From: an uncultured Thermoleophilia bacterium
GTDB lineage: Bacteria; Actinomycetota; Thermoleophilia; UBA2241
Direction of reading: 5' to 3'
NCBI GenBank assembly: GCA_963702475.1
Contig: CAVPCT010000005.1
Coordinates: forward strand, 480,001-544,000
Length of the DNA: 64,000 bases
The notes under the pieces are model-generated. The model had not been told where the DNA came from. It saw nothing but the letters and a program-made list of their open reading frames with translations, and searched no databases. Positions within the stretch are counted from its first letter, which is position 1, and every line of letters starts with the position of its first letter. Both the position numbers and the translations under genes were made by a program. Below, in pieces: positions 20,974 to 31,395 of this stretch.

Positions 20974-23658
20974 ATGAGCACACGGAACCTGGACAAGCTC
21001 TTCGACCCGCGCAGCATCGCCGTCATCGGCGCTTCCAACAAGAAGGGGTCGGTCGGCTACATCCTGCTGCGCAACCTCATCGGCGCCGAGTACGACGGCA
21101 TCGTGTACCCGGTGAACGTGTCGGCGCAGTCGGTCCAGGGCATCCAGGCCTACGCCTCCATCAGCCAGGTGCCCCGCAAGATCGATCTGGCCGTCATCGC
21201 GGTGCCCGCCAAAGCCGTGCCCGAGACCATGCGCGAGTGCGGTGAGGCCGGCGTGGCCGGCGCCGTCATCGTCTCCTCGGGCTTCAAGGAGGTCGGCCGC
21301 GCGGGAAAGAAGCTCGAAGAAGAGGTGTGCGCCATCGCCGAGAGCTACGGCGTGCGCATCGTCGGGCCCAACTGCCTCGGCTACATCCGCCCGAACATGA
21401 ACCTCAACGTCACGTTCGCGCACGTCATCCCGCCGGCCGGGCGCGTGGCGTTCTTCAGCCAGTCGGGCGCGCTCGGCACCGCCATCCTGGACTGGGCGGC
21501 CGCCAACCACGTGGGGTTCTCCGCCTTCGTCAGCGTCGGCTCCATGGCCGACGTGGACTTCGGCGACCTCATCGACTACTTCGGCGCCGACGCCCACACC
21601 AGCAGCATCATCCTCTACATCGAGTCCATCACCGACGCGCGCAAGTTCATGAGCGCGGCGCGGCACTTCGCCAAGAGCAAGCCGATCATCGTCGTGAAGA
21701 GCGGCCGCACGGCGCGCAGCGCGCTGGCGGCCGCCAGCCACACCGGCGCCATCGCCGGCGACGACACGCTCTACAGCGCGGTGTTCCGCCGCGCCGGCGT
21801 CGTGCGCGTCGACGAGATCGAGGACCTGTTCGACGCCAGCGAGGCGCTCAGCCGCGTCAGCAGCCCGCGCGGGCCTCGCCTGGGCATCGTCACCAACGCC
21901 GGCGGCCCGGGCGTGATGGCCAGCGACTGCCTGCTCGGCCTCGGCGGCGAGCTCGCCGAGATCAGCCCCGAGACCGACGAGAAGCTGCAGGCCGCGCTGC
22001 CCGGCTTCGCCGCGCGCGGCAACCCCGTGGATGTGGGCGGCGACGCCCCGGCGCAGCGCTACGCCGAGGCCGCGCAGGCGCTCATCGACGACCCCAATTG
22101 CGACGGCGTGCTCGCCATCCTCACACCGCAGGCCATGAGCGACCCCACGTCCACGGCGCAGGCACTGGTCGATGTCGCCCGTACTCACCAGCTCAAGCCG
22201 CTCCTCACCTCGTTCATGGGCGAGATCAAGGTGGCAGAGGGTGTGGAGATCCTTCGCCACGCCCACGTGCCGACGTTCTCCACCCCGGAGGACGCGGTGC
22301 GCGCCTACATGTACATGTACCAGTACACGCGCAACCTGCAGAACCTCTACGAGACGCCGGCCGACATCCTGCCCGACTTCGAGCCCGCCCGCGACGAGGT
22401 CAAGAAGATCTTCATCCGCGTGGCCCGCGACGGCCGCTCCATCCTCAGCGAGGTCGAGGCGAAGGCCGTCCTGGAGGCGTACCAGATCCCCGTCGTGAAG
22501 ACGGTCGTTGCCACCTCCGCCGAGGAGTGCGCCAAGTGCGCGGAGGACATCGGCTTCCCCGTGGCCATCAAGATCCTCAGCCACGACATCACCCACAAGA
22601 GCGACGTGGGCGGCATCGCCCTCAACGTCCGTTCCGCACCCGAGGCGGCGAACCAGTTCACCAAGATCGTCGCCCGGGTCAAGGAGAAGGCTCCCGAGGC
22701 GAAGATCCTCGGCGTGGCGGTGCAGGAGATGAGCCGCGGCGGATACGAGGTCATCCTCGGCTCCAAGAAGGACCCCACCTTCGGCCCGGCCCTCATGTTC
22801 GGCATGGGCGGCACCGGCGTGGAGCTCTACCGCGACGTGGCGCTCGACTTCCCGCCGCTCAACCAGGCGCTGGCGAAGAGCATGATCCAGAGCACCAAGG
22901 TGTCCAAGCTGCTGGAGGGCTACCGCGGCAAGGAGCCCGTGGACATGATCGCCCTTGAGCAGGCACTGGTGAAGATGAGCTACCTGCTCGTGGATTTCCC
23001 CGAGATCCTCGAGATGGATGTGAACCCTTTGCAGGTGCGCACCGACGGCATCGTCGCCCTCGACGCGCGCCTGGTGATCGAGCCCAAGGACGTGCGCAAG
23101 ATCGTGCTGCCGGGCTCACATCTCATGATCTCCATGTACCCGAGCAAGTACGAGTGGGAGTTCCCGGTGGACGGGCACCCCGTGAAGATCCGCGCCATCA
23201 AGCCCGAGGACGAGCCCCTGTGGGCGGAGATGATCGAGTCCCTCTCCCCCGCTACGGCAGAGTACCGCTTCTTCGGTCCGGTCAAGGAAGTGACCAAGTC
23301 GATGCTGGTGCGCTACTGCCACATCGACTACGACCGTGAGATCGCCCTGGCGGCGGTGGAACAGCCCAAGGGCAAGCGCCAGAAGCGCATGCTCGGCGTG
23401 GCGCGGCTCAGCATCGAGACCGCCAACTCGGAAGAGGGCGAGTTCGCGATCCTCGTGCGCGACGACTGCCAGCGCAAGGGCATCGGCAGCAAGCTCATGG
23501 AGGCGCTCATCCAGGCCGCCCGCGACCGCCACGTGCGGGAGATCAACGGCGACGTGCTCGCCAAGAACCCCGGCATGACGCGCTTCGCCGAGGATCTGGG
23601 CTTCGACATCCGCCCCGGCAACGAGCCCGAGGTGCGCAAGCTGGTGCTGCGGCTCTAG
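20974..23658 (+). CDS. NDP-forming acyl-CoA synthetase-like / GNAT fusion (Pat/PatZ-type lysine acetyltransferase)
   Basis: CoA-binding domain, GPNCLG, SQSGA, SHTG, ATP-grasp (HKSDVGG, MDVNP), C-terminal GNAT (QRKGIG). Confidence 0.9.
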   Translation: MSTRNLDKLFDPRSIAVIGASNKKGSVGYILLRNLIGAEYDGIVYPVNVSAQSVQGIQAYASISQVPRKIDLAVIAVPAKAVPETMRECGEAGVAGAVIVSSGFKEVGRAGKKLEEEVCAIAESYGVRIVGPNCLGYIRPNMNLNVTFAHVIPPAGRVAFFSQSGALGTAILDWAAANHVGFSAFVSVGSMADVDFGDLIDYFGADAHTSSIILYIESITDARKFMSAARHFAKSKPIIVVKSGRTARSALAAASHTGAIAGDDTLYSAVFRRAGVVRVDEIEDLFDASEALSRVSSPRGPRLGIVTNAGGPGVMASDCLLGLGGELAEISPETDEKLQAALPGFAARGNPVDVGGDAPAQRYAEAAQALIDDPNCDGVLAILTPQAMSDPTSTAQALVDVARTHQLKPLLTSFMGEIKVAEGVEILRHAHVPTFSTPEDAVRAYMYMYQYTRNLQNLYETPADILPDFEPARDEVKKIFIRVARDGRSILSEVEAKAVLEAYQIPVVKTVVATSAEECAKCAEDIGFPVAIKILSHDITHKSDVGGIALNVRSAPEAANQFTKIVARVKEKAPEAKILGVAVQEMSRGGYEVILGSKKDPTFGPALMFGMGGTGVELYRDVALDFPPLNQALAKSMIQSTKVSKLLEGYRGKEPVDMIALEQALVKMSYLLVDFPEILEMDVNPLQVRTDGIVALDARLVIEPKDVRKIVLPGSHLMISMYPSKYEWEFPVDGHPVKIRAIKPEDEPLWAEMIESLSPATAEYRFFGPVKEVTKSMLVRYCHIDYDREIALAAVEQPKGKRQKRMLGVARLSIETANSEEGEFAILVRDDCQRKGIGSKLMEALIQAARDRHVREINGDVLAKNPGMTRFAEDLGFDIRPGNEPEVRKLVLRL

Positions 23659-23880
23659 ACGGGAGTTCACGCCCCGACAGCTGGCCTCCGTTGTGCGCTC
23701 GAGGATGTGCCCGCCGGCGCCGATGCGCACGGAGTTTCGGCAGATGGTGCCAAGCTCGGCGATGAGGTCGGTCAGGCTGTAGGCAGGCAGCCCGTCCTCC
23801 GCGCCGGCGCCGCCCGCCTTGGCGGCCGCCGCCGGCGAGCGTGTGGCGATGGCCACCGGGGACGCGACCCGGGCGTACAC
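23655..23880 (-). mobile_element. IS1634-family transposase C-terminal remnant with a probable terminal repeat
   Basis: SPVAIATRSPAAAAKA...DGLPAYSLTDLIAELGTICRNSVRI matches the C-terminus of IS1634-like transposases. The minus strand ends GAACTCCCGTCTAG, overlapping the pat stop codon. Confidence 0.65.
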
Positions 23881-23919
23881 TCCCTACCAGGATCCCCGCT
23901 GACGCCTCGAGGAGAGCCC

Positions 23920-25224
23920 CTGTCCGACGGAACGCGGAAGGCCGAAGCACACGCGCGCGATCAGACGCATCGCTCGGTCGTCCCGTTCGCGCTGCTCGAA
24001 GCCAGCGTCATCACCTCGGGGGCCGGCAACGGCGTCGCGGCCGTGGCGCTGCCTTGGCTCGTCCTCGAACGGACCGGAAACGCGGCGGCCGCCGGCGTCG
24101 TCGGCGCGGCAGCGGCCTTCCCCCTGCTGCTCAGCAGCCTCTTCTCCGGCTCTCTCGCCGACACGCTCGGCAGGCGCGCCACGTCGATCGTCGCCGACGT
24201 GTTCTCGGCGATCTCGGTCGCCGCCATCCCCTTCATCGACGCGACCATGGGGCTGGATCTGCCGCTCTTCGTGCTGCTCGTCGCCATCGGAGCGGTGTTC
24301 GATCCGGCCGGCGCCACGGCTCGAGAGGCCATGCTGCCGGACGTCGCCGCCCGAGCCGGCATGCGCCTTGAGCGTGCCAACGGCATCCACGAGGCGGCGT
24401 GGGGCGTGGCCTACATGGTCGGCCCGGGAGTGGGCGGGCTGCTCATCGCGACGGTCGGCGCGAGCGGGGCACTGTGGGCGACGTCGCTCACCTTCCTCGT
24501 GTCGGTGCTGCTCATCGCCTTCTTGCGCGCCCCCGGGGTCGGTCGCCCGGCGACCCACGAGCGGCCCTCGGGGATCGTCCGCGGCAGCCTGGAGGGTCTC
24601 TCCTTCGTGTGGCGCGACCGGGTGCTGCGAGCGCTCACCGTCCTGACGATGGTGATCGTGGCGATCTACCTGCCGATCGAAGGCGTCATCCTCCCGGTGG
24701 TCTACGAGGCGCAGGGCGCGGCGGGCCGCCTCGGCGGCACGCTCATGGCGCTGAGCGCCGGCGGGGTGGCCGGATCGCTCCTCTACGGCGCCGTGGCCCA
24801 GAAGCTCTCACGCCGGGCCGTCTTCGTGGGCTCGCTGATCGGCGCCGCGCTGGCAATCCTCGCGATGTCGCTCCTGCCCCCGTTTCCGCTGCTCATCGTC
24901 GCCGCCGCCCTGGCCGGCTTCTTCTGGGGACCCTTCGGACCGCTGCTCAACCTCCGCATGCAGACGTTCACGCCGCCCTCCATGCGCGGCCGGGTGCTGG
25001 GCGTCCTCATCGCATCGGAGTACGCCGCCGGGCCGCTGGGCTACCTGCTGGTCGGATGGCTGGCGGCTCGCCTTGGACCCGAGACGGTCTTCCTCGGTAC
25101 CGGCATCCTCATGGTCGCCACCTGCCTGGGATTCGCGGCGCTGCCGACGCTCAAGCACCTCGACGACGAGGGACCGTACAGTGCCGCGCTCCAGCCACCG
25201 GACATCAAGCCGCCGGCAGTGTGA
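23920..25224 (+). CDS. MFS efflux transporter (Tap/DHA3-like); start uncertain (CTG)
   Basis: About 12 hydrophobic helices, GSLADTLGRR motif A, TPPSMRGRV. Confidence 0.85.
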   Translation: MSDGTRKAEAHARDQTHRSVVPFALLEASVITSGAGNGVAAVALPWLVLERTGNAAAAGVVGAAAAFPLLLSSLFSGSLADTLGRRATSIVADVFSAISVAAIPFIDATMGLDLPLFVLLVAIGAVFDPAGATAREAMLPDVAARAGMRLERANGIHEAAWGVAYMVGPGVGGLLIATVGASGALWATSLTFLVSVLLIAFLRAPGVGRPATHERPSGIVRGSLEGLSFVWRDRVLRALTVLTMVIVAIYLPIEGVILPVVYEAQGAAGRLGGTLMALSAGGVAGSLLYGAVAQKLSRRAVFVGSLIGAALAILAMSLLPPFPLLIVAAALAGFFWGPFGPLLNLRMQTFTPPSMRGRVLGVLIASEYAAGPLGYLLVGWLAARLGPETVFLGTGILMVATCLGFAALPTLKHLDDEGPYSAALQPPDIKPPAV

Positions 25225-25393
25225 CCTCAGCGCCGAGCCGGGACGACTCCAGCGCGAGGCCGCGCGCGGGTCAGGCAGAGCACCACGGCCACGTGCCGGC
25301 AGGGCAACGAGCGCTCCACGGCAGGACCTTCGCCTGGGTCGACGACCCGGCGTCCGCGCCGCCACCTCAGGTCCGAGGACGCGGCGGCGGCCC

Positions 25394-27715
25394 TCACTCG
25401 GGCGTTGCCGGCAGATGCAGCAGCGTCTCCGTGATCGCCGCGTCGCCGATGCGGCCGGGGAGCATGCCGGCCGGCCGGGCCGGGTGCTGCCCGGCGGCGC
25501 CGGCCGGCAGGCCGTACGTGAGGTCGACCGCACGGAGCAGGACCGGGGGCCCGGTCGCGAAACTCAGCGTGACCTCCACGCCCGCGGACGGCGGGTCGTA
25601 GAAGTCGAACGACCAGCGCACCGTCGTGCCGTCGAGGAGTGTGGTGTCCTTGCCGGCGAGCGCGTGGCCGTCCACGCTCGCCGAGAGGTGACCGACCACG
25701 GTGTGGACGAGCAGGCTGACCGCGGCCGCGTCGCGGCGGCTGCGCAGGCGCAGCACCACCGTACGGCGGTCGCCCTCCACCGTGTCGGACACCACGCGGA
25801 GGGCAGGGGGCCGCAGCCCGTACCGCGGGGCGGCGCCCACCAGCGTGGCCTGGGTTCCCATCATCGGGAAGTAGGAGTCAGTGAACGGCGAGGAGAGACG
25901 CTCGTTGAGGAACGGGCGCGTGTACCGGTCCACGGGATCGAGCGTCTGCCACACGGTCCTGCCCTCGGCCTCCGCCCGGTAGTACACGCTCGTGGACTTC
26001 GGGTGCTCGCTGCTGAACGCCACGGTGGAGCCGGCGGCGAACAGGACCACCACACCGGCCGCGCCCAGAGCTGCGGGCAGCCAGAGCCTGAAGGCCCGCA
26101 CGACGACGGCCATGGGCAGCACCAGCAGGCCTGCCAGCATCCAGACACAGAGCACGGTGACGACCTGCTTGAGCCCGGCCGACATCAGCAGCAGGTAGGT
26201 GGCCGAACTGAGCAGGAGCAGGCCCGGCGTCGCGCCGGCGAGGGCGACGAGAGCCGGGCCGGCGCCGATCGCCCGGGGCTCGGCGCCGCGGCGGAGCAGC
26301 AGCACCGCGGCGCCGAGCCCCACCGCCCCGCCGACGAGCGGCCAGGCGAGCAGGTAGCTCGCCGCCGGCACCGTGACCAGCACGGCGGCGGCGGCGGCCA
26401 GCCACGACCCCAGCCCGGCGAACGCGAGGTCCCAGGGCCGCAGGCGCCGTAGCAGTAGCGCGTAGACGGCCAGGACGACGGAGGTCGCGAGCAGCACCAA
26501 TCCGAGCCGGTAGGCGTCGCTGATGACGACTCCCGTGTCGGTCCACACGCGCTGCTCGTACGCCGTGCTGTACATGGTCCAGACGATGGCCATGAGGAGC
26601 AGCGAGACGCCCAGCGCAGCTGCGGTCCCCAGCGCCGACCAGGCGAGGCCCGTGAGCGTGAGCAGGCGACGCCGAACGGCGAGCACGACCGCCGCTGCGA
26701 ACAGCGCCGCGGCTGCCAAGCAGAGGGGCAGCGCCCAGCTGAGCGGGTAGTACACCGCCTCGCCGGCCACCACATCGAAGGCCACGAGATCGGGGGCGCG
26801 CACGTGCCACAGATCCATGTCGCCGAGGCGGCGGGCCAGCGCGAGGGCGGTCTCCCCCTCGTGCTGCAGGCCCGCCTCGTGCAGGTTGGCGAGCGAGTCG
26901 TAGGCGGTGTGGTCGTAGCCGGGACCGTCGAGCATGCCGAAGCTCATGCCGGGGATGCCGCGCCGCAGAAACGCGCGGAAGTCGGTGACGAGAGGCCGGC
27001 GGCGCGAGACCTCGTACATGAGCGACGACGTGTACGGCTGCGCCGCGGACTCGATGAGGGCCCGCACCAGCACGCCGTCGCCGGGGCTCACCTCGTACAT
27101 GAGGGCCGGCGACGACGACCCGGCGTTGTCGAAGTTCAGAGCCACGGCGGTGCCGAAGGCCCAGGCGTCGTCGCGCAGGAAGGCCTGGGCGCCGAGCAAC
27201 CCGCGCTCCTCGCCGTCGGTGAACAGGAAGATGACGTCGTTGCGCGGCGGCGGACCGGCGCGCAACGCCCGCGCCACCTCGAGCAACGTGACGACGCCGC
27301 TACCGTCGTCGGCGGCGCCGGGCGCCGTGGGCACGGAGTCGTAGTGTGCCATGAGGAGCAGCGCCCGCGAGGTGTCGCGGCCCGGCAGCCGGCCGGCGAC
27401 GTTGTGCACGACGCCGGCCACCCGCGGATCCGAGGCGGAGACGACCTCGGCCGTCTGGATGTGCGGGCCGAGGTCGAGCTCCCGCAGACGCTCGTAGATG
27501 AGGTCGCGGGCGCGCGCCGCCTGTGCGGAGCCGATGGGCCGCGGCTCCGCGGCGATCCGCCTCAGCGACTCCATCGCCCGCGCCGAGGAGAACTCCCCGG
27601 CCGGCGCCGACGCCGGCCTCGGGCGCGGGGCGTCGAACGGCGTGACGGCGATCACGACGACGAGGACGACGAGGCCGGCCAGCAGCCCCGCCAGCAGGTA
27701 CTTCCGGACGCCCAC
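25394..27715 (-). CDS. M28-family membrane metallopeptidase (ERMP1-like)
   Basis: AHYDS, GAADDGSGV, DGEERGLLGA, HTAYD, followed by a multi-TM region. Confidence 0.9.
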   Translation of the reverse strand: MGVRKYLLAGLLAGLVVLVVVIAVTPFDAPRPRPASAPAGEFSSARAMESLRRIAAEPRPIGSAQAARARDLIYERLRELDLGPHIQTAEVVSASDPRVAGVVHNVAGRLPGRDTSRALLLMAHYDSVPTAPGAADDGSGVVTLLEVARALRAGPPPRNDVIFLFTDGEERGLLGAQAFLRDDAWAFGTAVALNFDNAGSSSPALMYEVSPGDGVLVRALIESAAQPYTSSLMYEVSRRRPLVTDFRAFLRRGIPGMSFGMLDGPGYDHTAYDSLANLHEAGLQHEGETALALARRLGDMDLWHVRAPDLVAFDVVAGEAVYYPLSWALPLCLAAAALFAAAVVLAVRRRLLTLTGLAWSALGTAAALGVSLLLMAIVWTMYSTAYEQRVWTDTGVVISDAYRLGLVLLATSVVLAVYALLLRRLRPWDLAFAGLGSWLAAAAAVLVTVPAASYLLAWPLVGGAVGLGAAVLLLRRGAEPRAIGAGPALVALAGATPGLLLLSSATYLLLMSAGLKQVVTVLCVWMLAGLLVLPMAVVVRAFRLWLPAALGAAGVVVLFAAGSTVAFSSEHPKSTSVYYRAEAEGRTVWQTLDPVDRYTRPFLNERLSSPFTDSYFPMMGTQATLVGAAPRYGLRPPALRVVSDTVEGDRRTVVLRLRSRRDAAAVSLLVHTVVGHLSASVDGHALAGKDTTLLDGTTVRWSFDFYDPPSAGVEVTLSFATGPPVLLRAVDLTYGLPAGAAGQHPARPAGMLPGRIGDAAITETLLHLPATPE

Positions 27716-27798
27716 ACCCTCACTGTAGCCGCGAGGGATCTGTTTGCAACAAGCACCTGGGCGGCGCAGACTGTCGCCATGGCAGAGGGGACCTCACC

Positions 27799-28674
27799 GT
27801 GGTGAGCGCCGGTCGGCCGGCGCTGCCGGGCTCGTTCATCGACGCCGCCGGGACCCGCCTGCACGTGGTGCGAGCAGGCACCGGCCCGGCGCTGGTCTAT
27901 GTCCACGGGGCCAAAGGCTCGTTCCTGGACTTCACGCTCTCCCTCGAGCCCCGGCTCGCGCAGACGTACACGACCGTGGCGATCGACCGGCCGGGCTCCG
28001 GGTACAGCGGCAGGCCCCCCGGGGCCGACAACTCGCCCCCGCGGCAGGCGGCGGTGCTGCGGGCGGCCGCGGCGGAGCTCGGGCTCAGGCGGCCGCTGCT
28101 CGTCGGCCACTCGCTGGGGGCCGCCGTGGCGCTGGCCTGGGCGCTCGACGACCCCGACGGCATCGCGGCGGTGGTCACCCTCGGCGGGTGGGTGCTCCCT
28201 GTGGGCGGCCCGCCCCCGTGGTTCGACGCGCTCGTGCGCTCCCGCACCGTCGCGCGCCTGACGGGCCGGCTGGGCCGCTCCCGCCTCGGCCGGCCCCTGG
28301 TGGACGCCATGCTGCGGCGGGCGTTCACGCCCGGCTCGGCGCCCGCCGACTACGCCCGCCTGGCGCCGCCGCTGGCCGTGGCAGACGCCAACATCGCGTG
28401 GGACGGCGCCGACCACCGCTCGGCCCGGGCCGGCCTCGCGGCGCTGGCGCCGCGCTACTCCGGCCTCGGCGTGCCGCTGGTGATCGTCGTCGGCGACGGG
28501 GACCGCATGGTGCCGCCGACGGTCTCCGAGCGCCTGCACGCGCTCGTCCCGGGCTCCGAGCTGGTGCGCATCCCCAGCGCCGGCCACATGCCGCAGTTCA
28601 CGGCGCCGGATGCGGTGCTCGCGGCCATCGACAGGGCCGCCGCGCTCGGCGGCGTCCGCGCGACTGCGGGATGA
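27799..28674 (+). CDS. Alpha/beta hydrolase
   Basis: HG, DRPGSGYS, GHSLG nucleophile, D(RMV), AGHMP. Confidence 0.9.
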   Translation: MVSAGRPALPGSFIDAAGTRLHVVRAGTGPALVYVHGAKGSFLDFTLSLEPRLAQTYTTVAIDRPGSGYSGRPPGADNSPPRQAAVLRAAAAELGLRRPLLVGHSLGAAVALAWALDDPDGIAAVVTLGGWVLPVGGPPPWFDALVRSRTVARLTGRLGRSRLGRPLVDAMLRRAFTPGSAPADYARLAPPLAVADANIAWDGADHRSARAGLAALAPRYSGLGVPLVIVVGDGDRMVPPTVSERLHALVPGSELVRIPSAGHMPQFTAPDAVLAAIDRAAALGGVRATAG

Positions 28675-28714
28675 CCGGCCGGCGGCGCCGGCAGGGGCGA
28701 CGCGCCGCACACGT

Positions 28715-28743
28715 TTGCTTCTGTCCGCCCCGCGGCGTAGCAT
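28715..28743 (+). promoter_or_regulatory. Housekeeping-sigma promoter of ffs
   Basis: TTGCTT-N17-TAGCAT, seven nt before the RNA start. Confidence 0.65.
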
Positions 28744-28750
28744 CCGAGCC

Positions 28751-29021
28751 GGTCGCGCTAGGCGGGGAGCCAGCGGTGCCCTGTACCCGCAATCCGCTAC
28801 AGCGGGGCTGAATCCCCGCCCGAGGGGCCGTCCCGCGAGGCTGTCAGCCGGTGTGTGGCGTTGACGGTCGGGTCCTGCGCAATGGAACCCTGCGAACCCC
28901 GTCAGGTCCGGGAGGAAGCAGCGGTAAGTAGGCCATTCCATGTGCCGCAGGGTCGCCTGACCCGAGCTTGCGCCCGGCGAGGACGCTCGGAGGACGCGCT
29001 TCGACGGCGGGTGCGCGGCCA
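28751..29021 (+). ncRNA. ffs: Large bacterial SRP RNA with Alu domain
   Basis: Alu motif GCGGTGCCCTGTACCCGCAATCCGC; helix 8 GTCAGGTCCGGGAGGAAGCAGC; 5'/3' pairing GGTCGCGC/GCGCGGCC; colinear with Bacillus scRNA. Confidence 0.95.
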
Positions 29022-29061
29022 TTTTCTCGTTCTCTGACGACCGCGGAGGTAGCGCCGCAGC

Positions 29062-29901
29062 ATGGACCGCCCGCCCGACGCGCCCCGGCCCGACGCGCCC
29101 CAGGCGGACCGCGACCCGCTGGCCTACCACGACGCCGGCTTCATCGACAGTGACGAGGGCCGCCCGCTCCGCATCCTGGCGGAGTACCTGCGCCCACTCG
29201 GCGCGTTCCGCCGCCGGCGCGTCCACGACACCATCGTCTTCTTCGGCTCCGCCCGCATCACCGAGGACGGCCCCTTGGGCGAGTACCACACCGGGGCGCG
29301 AGAGCTCGCCCGCCGGGTAACGGAGTGGTCCGACGGGCTCAGGAGCCCTGCCCAGCGGTACCTCGTCTGCACAGGTGGAGGCCCCGGGATCATGGAAGCC
29401 GCCAACCGCGGCGCGCAGGAGGCCGGTGGCCGCTCGATCGGCCTCAACATCGGCCTGCCGCACGAGCAGCGCCCCAACGCGTTCATCACGCCGGGGCTCT
29501 CGTTCGAGTTCCGCTACTTCTTCATGCGAAAGCTGTGGTTCGCCTACGTCGCCCGGGCGATCATCGTGTTCCCGGGCGGGTTCGGCACCCTCGACGAGCT
29601 GTTCGAGTTCCTCACCCTGTCGCAAACGGGCAAGATCGACCCGCCTCCCGCCACGCTGCTCTACGGCACACGGTACTGGAACGAGATCGTGGACTTCGAC
29701 GCCCTGGCCCGTCACGGCATGGTCGATGCCGCCGACCTCAGGCTCCTGCACTTCGTCGACACGCCGGCGGAGGCGATGGCCGTGCTGCGCAGCCGTCTGC
29801 GGCCGCAGGACGAGGCCGAGCCCGCGCCGGCGATCGCGCGGTCGGTCACGCCGGAGGACGAGTGCGCAACCTGTGGCCCGGAGAAGGAGGAGCGCCGATG
29901 A
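29062..29901 (+). CDS. LOG family protein (TIGR00730)
   Basis: TGGGPGIMEAANRGA, YFFMRK, PGGFGTLDE. Confidence 0.92.
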   Translation: MDRPPDAPRPDAPQADRDPLAYHDAGFIDSDEGRPLRILAEYLRPLGAFRRRRVHDTIVFFGSARITEDGPLGEYHTGARELARRVTEWSDGLRSPAQRYLVCTGGGPGIMEAANRGAQEAGGRSIGLNIGLPHEQRPNAFITPGLSFEFRYFFMRKLWFAYVARAIIVFPGGFGTLDELFEFLTLSQTGKIDPPPATLLYGTRYWNEIVDFDALARHGMVDAADLRLLHFVDTPAEAMAVLRSRLRPQDEAEPAPAIARSVTPEDECATCGPEKEERR

Positions 29902-31367
29902 GGGTGAGCCCGGACGAGCAGCGCGACCTGCTGGCGCGCGTCGCGCGCGAGGCGATGATCGAGTACGGACTCGAGCCGGAGCTCCCGCCCCGTGCGGTGG
30001 CCGAGGCGAGCGCACTGCCCGAGGTCTCGCCCGACGGCACGGGGGCCGCCGACCTCCGCGGCCTTCACTGGTGCTCCATCGACAACGACGACTCCCTGGA
30101 CCTCGACCAGCTCACCGTCGCCGAGGGTGAGACGGGCGGCGGCGTCCGGGTCCTCGTGGCCATCGCCGACGTCAGCGCGACGGTGCAGCCGGGCACGGCG
30201 ATCGACGCGCACGCCGGCGTCAACACCACCTCCGTCTACACGCCGGCGCGCATCTTCCCCATGCTTCCGGAGCGCCTGAGCACGGATCTCACGTCGCTCA
30301 ACGCCGGCGAGGACCGCCTGGCGATCGTCGTCGGCATCACCGTCGGCGACGACGGCGACGTGGTGGCGGAAGAAGTCCGCCGGGCCCTCGTGCACAACCG
30401 CGCCAAGCTCGCCTACCCCTCGCTCGGCGCCTGGCTGCAGGGAGAAGCCGACATGCCGCCCGCGCTGGCCGCCGTCCCCGGCCTGGCCGAGAACCTGCGG
30501 CTGCAGGACGCGGTGGCGCAGCGGCTGCGAGCGCGCCGCCGTGACCAGGGCGCGCTCGACCTCGAGACGCTCGAGGTCAAAGCGCGCTTCGACGGCGGCG
30601 CCGTCAGCGGCCTCGTCGTCGAGCCGCGCGACCGCGCCAAGGAGCTCATCGAGGACTTCATGATCGCCGCCAACGGCGTCGTGGCCCGGTACCTCGCCGG
30701 CAAACGGTTCCCGGTGCTGCGTCGCGTGGTGCACGAGCCGCAGCGGTGGCCGCGCATCGTCGACCTCGCCGACGCGCACGGCTTCATCCTCCCCGAGGAG
30801 CCCGACGCGCCGTCGCTCAACGCGTTCCTGCAGCAACGGCGCGCGGCCGACCCGGAGCGGTTTCCAGACCTCTCGCTCGCCATCGTCAAGCTGCTGGGCA
30901 GCGGCGTGTACGAGGCGACCCGGCCGGGGGAGCCCATCGACGGCCACTTCGGCCTCGCCGTGACCCACTACGCGCACTCCACAGCGCCGAACCGGCGCTA
31001 CCCGGACCTGATCACCCAGCGCCTGGTCAAGGCGGCGCTCGCCGGAGCCCCGAGCCCGTACAGCGGCGAGCGGCTGGCGGAGCTCGCCGACCACTGCACG
31101 CGCCAGGAGGACCAGGCGCAGAAGGTGGAGCGGCGCGTGCGTAAGTCGGCCGCCGCCTGCTTTCTGGCCGAGCACGTCGGCGACGAGTTCGACGGCTTCG
31201 TCACCGGTGCGAGCCCCAAGGGCACCTGGGCGCGCACCGTCGATCCTCCCGTGGAGGGCCGCATCGTCGAAGGGGCGGACGACCTGGATGTCGGCGACGC
31301 GGTGCGCGTGAGGCTCGTGGATGCCGACCCGGAGCGTGGGTACATCGACTTCGCGGTCCTCCCCTGA
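29898..31367 (+). CDS. RNB-domain exoribonuclease (RNase II/R family)
   Basis: SIDNDDSLDLDQ, LIEDFMIAAN, HFGLA...YAHSTAPNRRYPDL, C-terminal S1-like domain. Confidence 0.92.
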   Translation: MRVSPDEQRDLLARVAREAMIEYGLEPELPPRAVAEASALPEVSPDGTGAADLRGLHWCSIDNDDSLDLDQLTVAEGETGGGVRVLVAIADVSATVQPGTAIDAHAGVNTTSVYTPARIFPMLPERLSTDLTSLNAGEDRLAIVVGITVGDDGDVVAEEVRRALVHNRAKLAYPSLGAWLQGEADMPPALAAVPGLAENLRLQDAVAQRLRARRRDQGALDLETLEVKARFDGGAVSGLVVEPRDRAKELIEDFMIAANGVVARYLAGKRFPVLRRVVHEPQRWPRIVDLADAHGFILPEEPDAPSLNAFLQQRRAADPERFPDLSLAIVKLLGSGVYEATRPGEPIDGHFGLAVTHYAHSTAPNRRYPDLITQRLVKAALAGAPSPYSGERLAELADHCTRQEDQAQKVERRVRKSAAACFLAEHVGDEFDGFVTGASPKGTWARTVDPPVEGRIVEGADDLDVGDAVRVRLVDADPERGYIDFAVLP

Positions 31368-31395
31368 GCGCCGCACGGGGTACACTAGCCATCCC

